Numbered from the stretch's first letter, positions 12,395 through 26,094 are shown. The stretch: DNA of 64,000 bases from Octopus vulgaris (GCA_951406725.2 OX597817.1:111786001-111850000), one strand, 5' to 3'. Made by a program: numbers and translations. The notes: generated by a model not told the origin, from the letters alone.

Positions 12395-14079
12395 TAACTA
12401 GCAAGTACTCGTAGAAATTTTACGGTCATTTTGGAAATTGTGACAGAGGTAAAAAAAAATATGCACACAACCCGTTTTTGGTATGACCCTAACACTAAAC
12501 ATTGGGTGTACGTATTCTTTACCTTTGCCATTTTTGTGAAACATTTGATTCTTGAGAAGATATAAAAATCCACATTGGTAGTATTGAAGGGACTATCTAT
12601 CTATCTACTTATATACCTTCCTATCTACTTACTTACATATATGCATGCATGCATATATACATACATACATACCCACCTACCTTACCTATCTATCTATCAG
12701 CATGTCTCTTATATTCTACTTACATTTCTGTTGATGTACGTATCTGTCTACTCTAACAATATGAACATACATTTAAACCAAATAACTAAAAAAAAAAAAA
12801 GAAAAAAAAATTATTACGGTGCTCCAGCATGGCCTCAGGGCTGCTACACATAAAAAGGTAAAAGTAACAACCACGGCTATTTGCTAAGATTATTTTACTT
12901 TGATTTAACTTATATGTTGATATATATCGTCATCCATCTTTCTATCGACAGACTGAAGATCTGAAAACCTTTAACAGTAACTAAACTTCTATTTTAATAG
13001 TCTGTCACAGTATTCTATTATACTACGTTTAAAATCATATAGCTGCTCTCTATTCCGTAGTTCTTTCCCATCAACACTCACTCTCTTTCTCTGTCTCTCA
13101 CTTCAACTACACCACATGTCCCTACACTTAACATGTTTATGTCTCTACTTTCTACTTCTTTCTTCAACTAACTAACCACAGCATAATAGCAATACCTTTT
13201 CTCTTGCCTCTCAGCACCAACTCTCTCTCTCTCTCAGTCTCTCCTTTAAACAAACCACTTCACAACATCTTAGCATAACTATTACTTTCCGCCTTAATGC
13301 ACATCGATAAAAATTTATCTTCCTCCTCTTTCTCTGTCTTTTTCTTTTGCTCTTGGCCTCTCCTTTCAGCTAACCACATGACAGTGTAAAGCATTTCAGT
13401 CTTAGCATATTAATATTTAGATACTGTCTAGCTGTGATAAAACGTCACCCTTGGGGCCTGAGTAGTACCAGATTATCAAATATATAATGGTATACCACTA
13501 CATATTTGATAATATATAAAAAGGTTTTTTTTTTTTTGCTAACCAAGTCCTCAAATACGTAACTATATTTTTCATCAAGTACCACAATATCTGCTAACTT
13601 CTTTTTGCTGGACAAATTAAGTTTACGAATGTTGTGTTGTATTTTAAAAGTTCTAACCTCAACCTCAACTATAAATACACCAATCTTCACAATATCAGTA
13701 TCTTCTACATATGTGGGAATTCTGTTTGTGGAGTTATTAGCTAACTCCTCCTACATCGTTTAATCGATTTTGATGCAACTTGACACGTGAGTACAACTCA
13801 TGTCTAGAAACCACATGGCATACTCAAATTGTTGAAAAAGTTGATAGTAGGGCCCCTGGAAGGGATCCTTATATATATATATCTAATATATTTCATTTTA
13901 ATAGCCAAGGGAAATAACCCATTCTTTTTCCTAAATCAAATTGAATATGTTTATTTCTTAGTATTTGAACTATTTGAGTTATTTTCACAATTTATCCAGT
14001 ATTTTCCTAAATAATAGATCTACTTACTTCGGTTAGTGACTTATTCACAAATATATCAACACTAGCGCTGCTAAAGGTA

Positions 14080-14430
14080 ATATTTTCTGGAAATGCACAA
14101 AGCCCTTTTCAGGGTTATTTACTTTGAATTATTATTATCTCATATCTGATTAGCCTGTTATTATGTAACATGTTTTACAACTTTGGTATACATACCTTAT
14201 TAGTATTTCCTTCTAAGTTCTATATACTCTGGGAACACATTAAAGCCCTTTTCGGGACTACTTTATTTGAATTCTTACCATCAGGTAACTAATTTCATGT
14301 TATTACATAACTGACTTCATAATTTGGGAATTCCTAAAAACAAGATCGTGTGTAAGACAGTTCCATATTCTCTGTAAATGCACAATAACTGTTTCAAGGG
14401 CTACATACTTTGTATTGTTGTTTTGGGATT
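14080..14430. repeat. Diverged tandem repeat, ~142-bp period, about 2.5 units
   Basis: ctggaaatgcacaaagcccttttcaggg (14087), ctgggaacacattaaagcccttttcggg (14228), ctgtaaatgcacaataactgtttcaaggg (14372). Confidence 0.6.
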
Positions 14431-15041
14431 AGCGAAACAATTATGAGAATAGAACCAAGGGATAAGTCCCGCTTTCCCAGGAATTACCAAGTACATCAGC
14501 GAGTCATCGTATACCTGCTTGGCATTTTTCACAACATTATTTTTGAAATCAATTTATCTTCATATTGCTTTGCTCTAAATTATTTAAATTACACTTTATT
14601 GTTTGTTACAAATCAACACCTTCCCTTGCATTAACTTGCCTTAAATGTCATAAATTGTGGATGAATTAGTTTATATTTGCATCTTTTCAAACAATATTAT
14701 TGTAATTTCTGACTGCAATGTTACAGTTACATGTTTTTTTTTGTTTTTTTTTTTTGTCTTTCCTGAATTGGTTATGCTTGTTAACATCAGACATTATAAC
14801 TGATGGATGGACAATATATAAGAAGAAAAAACTTATGTATTGGCTGCTATTCTTTTCAAGTTCAATGTAATCAATGACAGAGTGACATTGGCACTTTTAC
14901 TCAGTTTAGCTCTTTCAAAACTATCATTAGCACTTCTTTTAACTATACTTTTAGTTCCAGTTTCTTATCCTTCAATATTAATAATCTGCCTTTTTTTCTT
15001 TTCATTTTTCTATACATGTAAGACAATGAAAATTCATGTAA

Positions 15042-15187
15042 ATGTATGGTGTAATATAATAGCACAAAATGAGGCCAAAAGATTGACATTTGAATATATG
15101 GGTCAATTTTTCCTGAAGAACATCCAGTTTTAAGTGGAGAACAAAAGTGCAGGCAAAGATTGGTTTCGTCATTTTCTTAGAAAACAC
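15042..15187 (+). mobile_element. pogo/Tigger-like transposase remnant (CENP-B-type HTH region)
   Basis: Translates to MYGV..EAKRLTFEY...*VENKSAGKDWFRHFLRKH. The AGxDWFxxFLxxH motif is typical of pogo transposases. Contains an in-frame stop. Confidence 0.7.
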
Positions 15188-16226
15188 ATTATGGAAAACT
15201 GCAAGGTACAGTATTGAGTTTTTGTGCATTTTGCAAAGAAGCAAGGGTACACTATTACATTGGTTGATGAAATAAGATGATGGTAGTAATAAGCAAAATC
15301 TTGAAACATGTTCTAAACAAAGATTTTGCACACAATGCCAGATGATGCTAAAATATGAAGACATTGTGTTTATTCTGCCAACTCTACAACAGTGGGACAA
15401 CTAAACTATTGTTGGCAGGAACATGATTCCTGTTTCCTAAGAGCCATAGTAAATTTAAGGACATGTAAACCAGTAAACCAGAGTGACAATCATAATTAGT
15501 TTAAGTTACCCGACAAAATACCTATCTGGAACTGGACGTTGATTAATGCTATCACCCATAACATTTACTTTATCACATCATGAGTCAAGTTGGAATGTTT
15601 AGACTTGGGTCACAAAACGTACTTTTTCAAGAATATCTCTAAGTCTCTGCTGAGTGTAGTTGCTCAGTTTTTGTACACATGTATAATGTCAAATGGAAGC
15701 TGTAATAGTTTTAACAACTGAAGATAAGCATTTGTTTTTATAAATTGCTTTCTGACTAGACTAACCCCACTTTCTATCTTTAACTGTAAAATTTCTTCTA
15801 TATTTTTGTATGTTCTGGGTTACTGTTTCTGTCATCTTAATCAATTTTTTCTGGAATTCTATCATACCATTTTCCTTTTATGCTGTTTTATTGTGCAGTA
15901 TTTATATTTGTAAATATGGCAAACAACAATCCATTTAGACTTTTGGATTGAAAACATGACTGTTATAGTTTTAACTTATTTTTTATAAAGTTATTTTCCC
16001 ATTTCTTTGTGATCTTGCTATTTATTTGGAACTGTAAGCTTTCTAAATCTATCATCAATGCTTCTCAGTCTTCTTGAAGAATTTTGGTGATAAATGGTGA
16101 TGGTTATGAAAGGCAATTATTACTTGTTGTAATCTGACTCCACCATTACTGGTTTCATTATAGAAATGCAAGTATTAATTCTAAAACATATAGTTGGATT
16201 ATGTGATTTATTCATGGTAATATTTA

Positions 16227-17214
16227 CATCTGGTTGGAACAGAAAATTTTATGAGCTAGTCAAATGAGTCTCAATGGACTCCAGGAGTTAATAATATGTC
16301 ATAGAAAGCAGTTCTGATTAAAGATGGCTTCAGACAAGAAATTGAACAATTACAAATAGTGCTAAAAGTTTTTTAAGACCTGCATTAACTTTAAAATGAA
16401 AATATAATATTGCTATGTATAAAATTGCAAATTATGAACTGCAGGCTTGTGGTAACTGAAATATGTTTTACTCAAATAAAAATATACATACTGTTAATAA
16501 TTATATACTAGTATATACACTTTCAACATATATGCAAAGTAAAATGTTGAAGTATGCAGTGTCTCAGAACAGAAGAAAGTCAGCTATTAAATAAACCCTA
16601 CACTGTTTACTTTTAGTGTGTAATGCCACATTATAAACAAAACATATCATATATATGCCAAATGACACAAAAGCTGTTATTAAAAGCACAACTTCTGTTA
16701 ACAACAAGATCATTTAAATCTAATAATGCTTCAGATACAAATAGTAGTTTGAAGTATGAGAAGAAAAATGAATAAAAATAATTACATACTATACTCCACT
16801 CATATGAAGGGTCTTGTCTTGTGATTGTTTGGTGAACTTACCAGTACTGGTGCAATGAAAAAAAAAAGGATCCAGTACATTCAAATGGAATGGTTGGCAT
16901 CAGGAAGGGCATCCAGCAGTAGAATTCATGCCAAAATAGACACTGGAGTTTGGTGCAGCCCTCTGGCTTGTCAGTACATGTTTGAACTGTTGAATTCATG
17001 CAAGTATAGAAAAAGAAATTGCAAATAATGATGACATCTGAATGGAACAGAAAATTCTATTCACAAGTCTCAATGAATTCTAGTTGTTAATAATATTTAA
17101 AAGGAAGGAATTTTTTATTGACTGATGCTTCAGACAAGAAATTGTCTTTTCAAGAAGTGTTAAAAAGTTTAAAATCTGGTTTAACATAAAAATGAAAATA
17201 TAATATTGCTATGT
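16227..17214 (+). repeat. Old local direct duplication (~190 bp; 16227-16418 and 17035-17214)
   Basis: Shared blocks ggaacagaaaatt, gcttcagacaagaaattg and aaaatgaaaatataatattgctatgt in the same order. Confidence 0.75.
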
Positions 17215-17215
17215 G

Positions 17216-17430
17216 TCATCATCATCATCATCATCATCCTTTAACATCCATTTTCAATGCTGGTGTGGGTTGGACACTTTGACAGGAGCTGTACAAAGCT
17301 CCAGTGTCTGTTTTGTCATGGTTTCTACAGCTGGATTCCCTTTGTAATGCCAACTACTTTACAGAGTGTACTGGGTGCGTTTTACATGGCACCATCATGG
17401 AGAGGGTCACCAAGTGCTTTGCAAGATAGA
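17216..17430 (-). mobile_element. RTE-related 3' end / SINE with (ATG)n tail
   Basis: (cat)n-ttaacatccattttc..atgctgg, shared with the copies at ~21870, 50393, 56732 and 61100 and with the plus-strand end at 47560. Confidence 0.7.
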
Positions 17431-20031
17431 AAGGAACAAAAAATCCTCAAGTGGGAGATAGTAGAACTGAGGAGTGGTGGCTTTGCGCCAGTTGAGAGAT
17501 TAACGGTTTAGAGGAATAGAGATGGGTGTCTTGCTGTAGATATATGGATATCCCAGTTGGAAAAGAAAGGAGAGTGAATTAGTAAGATAAGGAGAGCAAT
17601 ATTAAGAGATGAGGGTGAAGATGAGTCGGAACATGCCTGCGAGGGACTTTGAGTGTGATAAGAATAGGTGAAATGATACAGAGCTTTGGACTGAGTGAAT
17701 GGACAGAAGAGGTGATTGCAGCAAATGATGGAGAGAACTATAGGAGAGGTGCAGAGGCAAGAGTTGCTGTAAGTATGTGTGGGCATTGAGGTATTAATGA
17801 TGGAGAACAGCTCAAAGGGGAGAAGGTGCAGAAAGATGATTGGTGGAGACAGTAGGCAGGGGAAGATAATGGGATAATGGAAGTGGTTTTGGGTCAGGAA
17901 GAGGGGTAAATGAGACAGCTAGGGGATGTAGTATGTGCTTGTTCTGCCATCAGGTGATAGAGAAGTGATGGGTGTTAGAGGATCAAATATGGTGGAAATG
18001 TTAATGGGGCAGAGAGGATGAAGGTGGGGAAGAGCTCCTCACAGACAAGCATTACCTAGGTGGTTTTAGGATATCAATTCTACTGTGATGGGTGGGTTTT
18101 CTTGAATACAGCAAGGCACCAAATATCTCGGTCCTTTGTCATCTCCTTTGTTAGGCTCAGCATCAAGCATGCAATAACAGGAATAAATATGTATGTATGT
18201 GTACAGGATATATGAAATTTTTCACATTGGTCGACATTCATAATACATTGGCTGAGTTCAAGCTAAAATTGCATGGTATGAAAGCAAGTTAAAAAATATT
18301 GATGACTGCTTGATCTGTTACTTGATATACCAGTAAACCAACAGTCAAAACTAACCAAATATCACTATATGATTTAATAGTCACACTAACATACATGCAT
18401 CCCCCACTGAAGTGTGTATGTGTGTGTGTATCCCTTATAAAAATTTCCATAGACAAACATCTTCAACAATCAGCTATATCAATTTGTAGAAAGAAAAGTG
18501 TATACACTGGTCCAGTTGGTTGGATAATTTAAACACACTGTCAAGAATTATTTTAATGAGTGAGTTTAGTAATACAAAATTGAGTATTCTCATAATTATA
18601 TAATACATGTATGCACACGTAAATTCTCCCTTAATTTCACTCTCAAGGATAGCTAGATAATACAGTCTTCCCTCTTTCATTGCAATCCTCAAGATGTGCT
18701 TGACAAACTTTAATTGATATTTCAGCAGATGCTATTGGCAATGTGCAGAATATTCACAATCTATTACATACATTTAAAAAAATGTCACTTACGTGTACAC
18801 TTTTATTTTATTTAAAACATAGTGTGGTACCAAATTTTCAACACAGTACATATATATATATACATATATATGTTCTTTCGTTCCCCTTCTCTCACATTTC
18901 ATTGCCTTCTCTTCATGTTTACTGTGTCCGTCATTTTTTCTCGCCCCTTCTTATTTCTTCTGTCCCTTAGCCTTTACCTCTCTCTCTTCTCTCCCCACGT
19001 GACCAGTGTTCAGCCAAGCCTGACCTTTCTTTCTTGGTTTGGCTGTTGTTTGTGCAACATCTATATTCTTCCCTGTGCTTGTGAAATTTTGTATCTCTGC
19101 TGTAAGGCTTTACTTCCACACATGCCAGCTTAATTTAATTTGTCCCTAGTTGAAAGACACCTGTTGTTATGTCCTGTTATTTGTATTTGTGTAACTTTCT
19201 TCGTTTTTTGCCATCCTTGTTGTCTTATACATTCGCTGCTTTCTTCCAAGGAATCTAATGCTCTTAGCTTAGTTTTTCCTTAGGGCTGGCCAAATTGGAG
19301 CAATCTGAAGTATAACCAGCCGAAATTGCAAAGATAATCTGGAACTCAACTGAGGAAAGAAAACTCCGAATGACCCATCCTTGTTTTCTTTGTATTGTCT
19401 ATCTGAATGTTTTTTGTTCTTGTCCCATTTTGTGTACATACATACGTACATGCATATGTACATAAATACATACATACATACACCATTGCTCAGGATTAAA
19501 ATGGCATAGTTTGTATATATAATTCGACTAAGTAACATGTCATGCGGGTGTTTGAAGGATTCCAGGCCCTAACCTGCCATGGAAAATTGGGGGTGGGGTG
19601 TATGTGATTTTTTGAACACACCAAAAAGCTGTCAGTGGATATACTCTCCTTTGTGCCAGTCAGCACTGCATCTAACATGATCCATAGTATGGTTGACAGT
19701 CAAATGAATGTAGGTATAATGGAGATATTGTGTGTAAATGGGTACATTCTTGAAAGGGGCTGCAATGGGAGACAGCAATGGAGAAGTGAACTGTTGAAAT
19801 GCTGCAGAAGGTGAAAGGTTGACATTGGATTGCTGGTGTGACTGTAGAATAAGAAACATAAATTGAGCCTATGCAGTCACATGAGAATATGTAGTAATGA
19901 ATTACTTGAAAAAAATAAGGTGTAATAGCTTACTGTGTGGTTGGTGAGAGTAATTGGAGAATATACTTTGTTACTGAAGTCCATGCAGGAAAGTGCTTTG
20001 ATGATGCAGTCTTTGGGTTTGTTGGTATTAT

Positions 20032-20720
20032 GCCGAAATGGTATCCATCTTCACCATTCACAAAGAGCAATGGGTACTGGAGTGTATCATAGGATGTAGT
20101 AATTCCTACAAAACCTCTTGGTAAACAATATTTTTTTTTGTTTTCCCTTGTGAAACAAATGCAAATAGAATTTTCTTTTTGCTTTCTACTCTAGAGCAGC
20201 TAACATTTAAATGCCTGTGTGAGAAGCATAACTCTTCCAAGTGAAGTCCTACCACAGACAGTGTTTGACCCTGTGATTTATTGATAAACATTGTGAAGCT
20301 GATACGAATAGGAAATTGCACTCTTCTAAATAGAAATAATTTCAGCTCCCAATGGAATGAGAGGAATCCTAGGTGTGAAAACATCCTCTCCTTTTCAACA
20401 TCCAGAGAGAATGGTGGCCTCAATAACATGTAGCATCATCTTCTTTATCACCAGGCGTAGCCCTTTGCAGAGTGTTGGTGGATTCATATTTCTCAATAGC
20501 ATCACTGGAGTGCCCACTTTAAGTTCCAGTCTGTGGGGAGGTAGTCCTGGAGGCTCCAATGAATTGAGAAATTCTGTTAGATAATTTCCTACCTCTTCTG
20601 GATCTGGGATTGTATCAACTGACTTATAGATGTGAGGACTTCCAGGAAGGTACTGCAGCAACTGTTCATTAATTTTACTTACAGTGCTGTTTTTTGGAGC
20701 TAGTATTGCTCTTTCACACA
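20032..20720 (-). mobile_element. Helitron RepHel remnant (PIF1-like helicase C-terminus plus a Rep-region fragment)
   Basis: Helicase motifs EFLNSLEPPGLPPHRLELKVGTPVMLLRN, QFPIRISFTMFINKSQGQTL and TKKNIVYQEVL*. Also SYDTLQYPLLFVNGEDGYHFG at 20032-20094. Frameshifted. Confidence 0.92.
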
Positions 20721-20741
20721 CACACACAAACTCATTTTGAT

Positions 20742-20894
20742 TGGGTGTGTGGTAAGTAGGTTGCTTACCAACCACATGGTTCAGAGATCAGTCCCACTAC
20801 ATGGTACCTTGGGCAAGTGTCTTCTACTATAGCCTCAGGCTGACCAAAGCCTTGTGAGTGGATTTGGTTGACAGAACCAGAAAGAAGCCCATCG

Positions 20895-20953
<59 letters not shown>

Positions 20954-21178
20954 ATGTGTGTGTGTGTATGCTTGTGTATCTGTGTTTGCCTCCCCCCCCC
21001 ACCATCGCTTGACAATCGATGTTGGTGTGTTTACGTCCCCATAACTTAGCAGTTCGGCAAAAGAGACTGATTGAATAAGTACTAAGCTTACAAAGAATAA
21101 GTCCTGGGGTCAATTTGTTTGACTAAAGGTGGTGCTCCAGCATGGCCACAGTCAAATGACTGAAACAAGTAAAAGAAT
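20742..21178 (+). mobile_element. SINE family A with expanded internal (TA)n/(TG)n
   Basis: Matches 7649-8018. It abuts the Helitron helicase remnant. Confidence 0.88.
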
Positions 21179-22406
21179 ATATATATTTGTTTTGGTTGTT
21201 TGTGTGTGTATTTCTGTGTTTTTTTAAACATATAGACAATGCAACACAAACTTTAAAACAGACTTCCACTTTGAACAATTTATGAAGGTATGTATTAACA
21301 AATATTTTTACCGGCAGCGTAGCAATAGGCAACAATCTAGTTTTGTATAAAATTGAATAAAGTTTTCTTATTTTGTGATCAATTTTAATTGAAAATTTTT
21401 ATATTGATACAATTAATAAGATACTGAAACTAACATTTTGGTACATAATTTTGAATTTTATTTAGCAAAATCAGTTAAAAAATTAACAAATGTAGATCTT
21501 ATAATTGACTAGCCATAAGTCGCTGGGCAGGCCATAAAAGTTAAAAGTATTTCAGGTCATTTGCAACATTAAAACAAAGTTACATTGCTTACTAGAACAA
21601 TAACCTAATCAGTGATTAAACTATTACTGTCATTTGTTTGTATTGAACACTTAACACAGAAGCATGTGATAGTTTATGTTAGCCCAAAGTACTCATTTGT
21701 GAGTGTGACAAAATAAAATAGAACAGCTGTTTAAAGCAAGAATCCCCTCAACCCATAAGTTGCAGACCGATACCAGACTGCACAGATAGAATAAGTTTTC
21801 AAATTTTATTTTAACTATCACAGTCTATAAGATATTTTGCATTACATATTTATTATATGTGTAATATATATCATTATCATCATCATTTAGTGTCTATTTT
21901 CCATGCTGTCATGGTTTGACTGAAACTGATAAGCCGGAGAGCTGTACTAGGCTCATCTGATTTTGATTCAATTTCTACAGCCAGATGCCCTTCCTAATGC
22001 TAACTACTCCATGAGTGTAGTAGCTGCCTTTTATGTGTCATCATCACGGGTGCCTTTTCCATGTCACCAGCACAGGTCCCTTTTACATGTTTTATATATA
22101 TAATGTACTTTATTGTGTTTTGTTATGCATGTGATTGTTCTGTGAAAGATTGTCTTGTACGAAACTGGTTTGTTGTGCAAAAACAGTTGTTGGATTCCTT
22201 TTAAATGGTCATGTAGTTCAGCTCTTTTCCATAGGCATCAGTAGGTGGCTGTTTTGGATAATTTTGTGGTTGGTAATATTGCCTATGGTGTTCATTTTTC
22301 TTTACAAGTATTATCAAACAGTTTTGTGGAATTAAATCACATGGTTAGTACTATTGGTAGTGATATCCGCTTCTTTTGACAGGCATCATTTTCTTTTTAT
22401 ATAAAA

Positions 22407-23134
22407 CTAGCAGCATAGCCCGGCGTTGCCCGGGTATGTAAGAGCCCCTAGTAGGCAACGACTAATCCCAATCTAGTCCTTTCCCTCTAGGGAACGAAGG
22501 CGCATGTGTAGGTTGCAATGTCTTCTCTTCATTCCCAAATAACTATCAAGCAGCTATCGATAATTCAACCCAACCAATTCCTACCAGGAAGAAATTACAT
22601 TCGAGACTTTACCCCCAACACTGCCACTTATGCTAATAGCTGCTGCAGCCGCAAGTTATTCGAATCCTTTTTTGTTTAAACTTTCTTTATAACTACCACC
22701 CCAAACGTTTTACCTTAAATTTTTGACGTGTCCTAAGGGTCCTCGGACACTACTTGCAAACTCTTGGTTTATTATAAACCACTTTTGTCGTGTGCACCAA
22801 AAAACCTTTTCCATTCGTTTGTTCAGTTTGGTCACTTTTGACTTTTTTGTTGTTGTCACTCAAATTGCTGCCCGCTTTTTTGCCGTTTTTGTACATTTTT
22901 ATACATTTTGAGGTTGCATATAAAAAGCTTAGATTCTCGACCCCATGTCGAATTTATCAATTTTTTTCAGAACTAGGGGAACCTTTCAAAATTTTCGCTG
23001 CGTTAGTTTTGAATTATGACATTGGGCTATGTGTGTGTCAAGTTTCATCAGAATCGGTTGAAAGCCGTGGTCAGGGTGAGGGTACAACCTGACAGACACA
23101 CAGACAGACAAACTGCCGTTTATATATAGAGAGA
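22407..23134 (-). mobile_element. Non-autonomous Helitron (second subfamily)
   Basis: Minus strand: 5' TC, 3' CTAG, hairpin cccgggcaacgccggg, inserted at an AT site. Internal sequence differs from the 12010 copy. Confidence 0.85.
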
Positions 23135-23433
23135 TTAAAGATGTGTTGAGAATTTTTTTTGTTTTTGTTTTTTTCAAAGTTCCTCAGCAGATTTTTGCAT
23201 AATATGTCAGAACTAGCTCATTTTATGAGGTACCTTGTTCAGGTTCTGTGGTAGAGATCAAGACTGGTCTTGTAACCTAACATAAATTTGAACATTTTTT
23301 AGGTCCTTGAGTACCAGGGTATTTGCTCCTTCTTTTCTTCCCTTTGATGTTAGTTTATGTATGTATGTGTACATGTTTAATACACATAAATATAAACATA
23401 ATATACATTAATAGCATTATTTTCTGTTTACAG

Positions 23434-24339
23434 AGAAAAAAAGATTTAGAAATGTTACTCAAGTCGCAACGGACATATATAAATGGTACTAACTTAAAAG
23501 ACTCAAAATATTACTTGGCATTAACGACTGGTGATTTTAACCCTAGAGAACTGAGACCTTGTACTTCCAAAAATTATCATGTTGGTGGAGTGACTCCTGT
23601 TCTATATCCGGGTAATAACTGCAACTGTAAACATACCAAGCTAACAGAAGAGAAAGTAGAACAGAAGAATCTTAATAAACTCGAATTTAAATCTCTGCCC
23701 CAAGCTTTAAACTTTTCTAGAGATGCTAAAACAAAATACTTAAATAAACCATCTATACTGGAGAGAATTGAAAAAAATGAACTTAATTTGAAAAAGAAAC
23801 TTAGAACAGATTTCAGAATTTGTTACTGTAAAAGTGTTTTGCCAAAATTCGTTATAGATAAAGCAAAGACACAAAAAAGAGAAAATACTTACCTTCTTCC
23901 AGATTTGAAAAGAGACTTAGAAATGAAAGACATTAAGAAAGCAATCTTCAATAAACCTTCAAACAAATTGACTGCTCAGTTTTATAATGATAGTGAGATA
24001 CGATTAGTAGCAAATAACTTTTATAAGTGGATGGAATCCCTTGGTGAAGGTGAACCATATATAACAGTCAGTTCATTATATAGCCTTTTGTTGAACAGTT
24101 TTGAGATAAAACCCTCATTGGCTATAAATCTACAAATAATTGATGAAAAGGAACTGGGCGTTGGCCAACGTAGATATTCTACTGGATTAGAGACTTTTAC
24201 CTTTGGCAATGAAAATCCTTCCTACCTCGAATATTTTAAAAATAATATAAGTAAGAAAGAGTTGTTAAGATTTGAGAAACTATTCTCCGATGATGATAAT
24301 TATGATGATGATAATTTTAACAAAAATGTTAATAAATAA
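23434..24339 (+). CDS. Large terminal coding exon of a diverged FAM47-like protein
   Basis: 301 open codons after acceptor tttctgtttacag| in very AT-rich DNA; first Met at 23452. FYKWMESLGEGEPYITVSSLYSLLLNSFEIKPSL resembles the recalled FAM47 motif FCxWVxSLG..NI.EST.xSLFxSGYETKP. Coding status is well supported; the family call is tentative. Confidence 0.6.
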   Translation, partial: RKKDLEMLLKSQRTYINGTNLKDSKYYLALTTGDFNPRELRPCTSKNYHVGGVTPVLYPGNNCNCKHTKLTEEKVEQKNLNKLEFKSLPQALNFSRDAKTKYLNKPSILERIEKNELNLKKKLRTDFRICYCKSVLPKFVIDKAKTQKRENTYLLPDLKRDLEMKDIKKAIFNKPSNKLTAQFYNDSEIRLVANNFYKWMESLGEGEPYITVSSLYSLLLNSFEIKPSLAINLQIIDEKELGVGQRRYSTGLETFTFGNENPSYLEYFKNNISKKELLRFEKLFSDDDNYDDDNFNKNVNK

Positions 24340-25118
24340 AACAAAAATAATGGCCAAACAGTGAAAATTTATATTGAACCTTTCTAACTACTTCGCAAGT
24401 TACTTTTATATAATGGAACAGAAACTATTATTTAATATAGATTTTAAACTGTATTAAATCTATAAATGAATTTCTGGCATGTAATATATTCTAGTGAAGT
24501 TTGTGGAAAACAAAATTTATTCATAGAATGGAAATCGTGTAATCAAATGAAATTATAAAATAATACACATCATGCAAGTATATTATTTTATTTTATTCTC
24601 CAAAATAACAATAAAGTGTTTATGCCCCATAAAAAAAAATATGTCGTCACACCTTGTCTAGCTGTTTTCTCTTTTTCACCTCATAATTTTACCTTTTCAT
24701 CTTACAAGTAAGTTTAAGGTAATGAATAGGTTAAGGCATAATCTGACCAATAATAATATTAGGAAATTTATGTCTACTCAGAAGTTTGGTGACAAAGCCT
24801 TTTTTTTCAGTTGGAGATGCAGAAGTGTAGACTTTGGAACTTATACTTCATCCCTGATAAATGGGGGTAACTGATTCAAAAGGTGGCATTAGTTTTGAAC
24901 TTCCAGCTCTAATTAATGATCTATTTTGATATAATATAACAATATTAATATATCATATGCTATTAAGACAACCACATATTATTAAATCAGTTTATTTCAC
25001 TACAAAAGCTTAGAGTAAAGGCATTGAACAAAGGTCTATCTTGTGTACTTTTGCAATATGTTCCCTGGGCTGAGGATAGAAAAACTTAAAGCAGTTAATT
25101 AAGAGAGTTTATATAAGA

Positions 25119-26094
25119 CTAGCAGTATCACCCGGCATTGCTCGGGTTTGTAAGGGAAATAACTATATAAGCATTTTTATTGAGTTATAGCAAAAAATGG
25201 AATAAAAAAATGATGGTAATTTTTTTTTTAATCGTTGACTCATCGTAGACATTTTTAGAGAGTTACTTCCCTTATATAATAGCGAAAAATGGAATAAAAA
25301 ATGATGGTAATTTTTTCTTTTAATCGTCGACATTTTTAGAGAGTTACTTCCCTTATATAATAGCGAAAAAATGCATTAAAATGGAATAAAAAATTATGGT
25401 AAATTTTTTTTTAAATCGTAGACTCATCGTAGACGCGCGCTAATACCCAGAAGGGCTCGATATGAATCACAACTATAAGATACCCGGTTTTGGTTACACT
25501 GCACCGCAAAATGTGGGAGTAGTTAGGAATCTAAATCGTAGGAGACAGACACACAACCTTACTTTTATATATAAAGATTTGTGCAACAACTAAAACATTC
25601 GGTTGTGCAAATTGTTTGCACAGGAAACCTGCCCTGTGTGGCGGTAATTGCCGTTTTTGTGGATCTGTTTCAGCTTTTTTAGCGATTTCTGTTTTGGCGA
25701 CTTCAAGCCATGAAGTCGTTATTCTAAAAGAACGCTGGTCTCCTTGACAACGCATTACGACGTTGATTTCCTTACACTCCCTTCCCCACAGCTTCACAAG
25801 GGAGGGAAGAAGGGGGGAAGCAACACAGGTGCAGATGTGAGCGTGGACGCCAACTCTGCTGCCATCGACACACGAAAAAATATGCATTAAAATGGAATAA
25901 AAAAAATGATGTTAAATTATTTTTAAAATCATAGACTCATCGTAGACGCGTGCTAATACCCAGACGGGCTCAATATGAATCACGACTATAAGATACCCGA
26001 ATTTGGTTAAACTGCACCGCAAAATGTGGGAGTAGTTAGGAATCTAAATCGAAGGGGACAGACACTCACACAACTACAGTTTTATATATATAGA
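25119..26094 (-). mobile_element. Composite non-autonomous Helitron with two 5' ends and one 3' end
   Basis: CTAG and hairpin at 25119-25146. 5' TC termini at 25577 and 26094. 25370-25560 is repeated at 25875-26070. Confidence 0.85.

Noticed and set aside
19284-19331. ggctgg..ccagcc-GAAA-ttgcaa, resembling the 3' half of a hammerhead
   Set aside because: No CUGANGA core before the stem and no stem I.
23323-23433. N-terminal 37 codons of the 338-aa ORF
   Set aside because: Non-ATG start, low-complexity intron-like sequence ending in a clear polypyrimidine-CAG acceptor; treated as intron.
25010-25069. Possible minus-strand terminal exon (PREHIAKVHKIDLCSMPLL*) with acceptor and nearby AATAAA
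   Set aside because: No recognisable homology and no partner exons found; compatible with chance.
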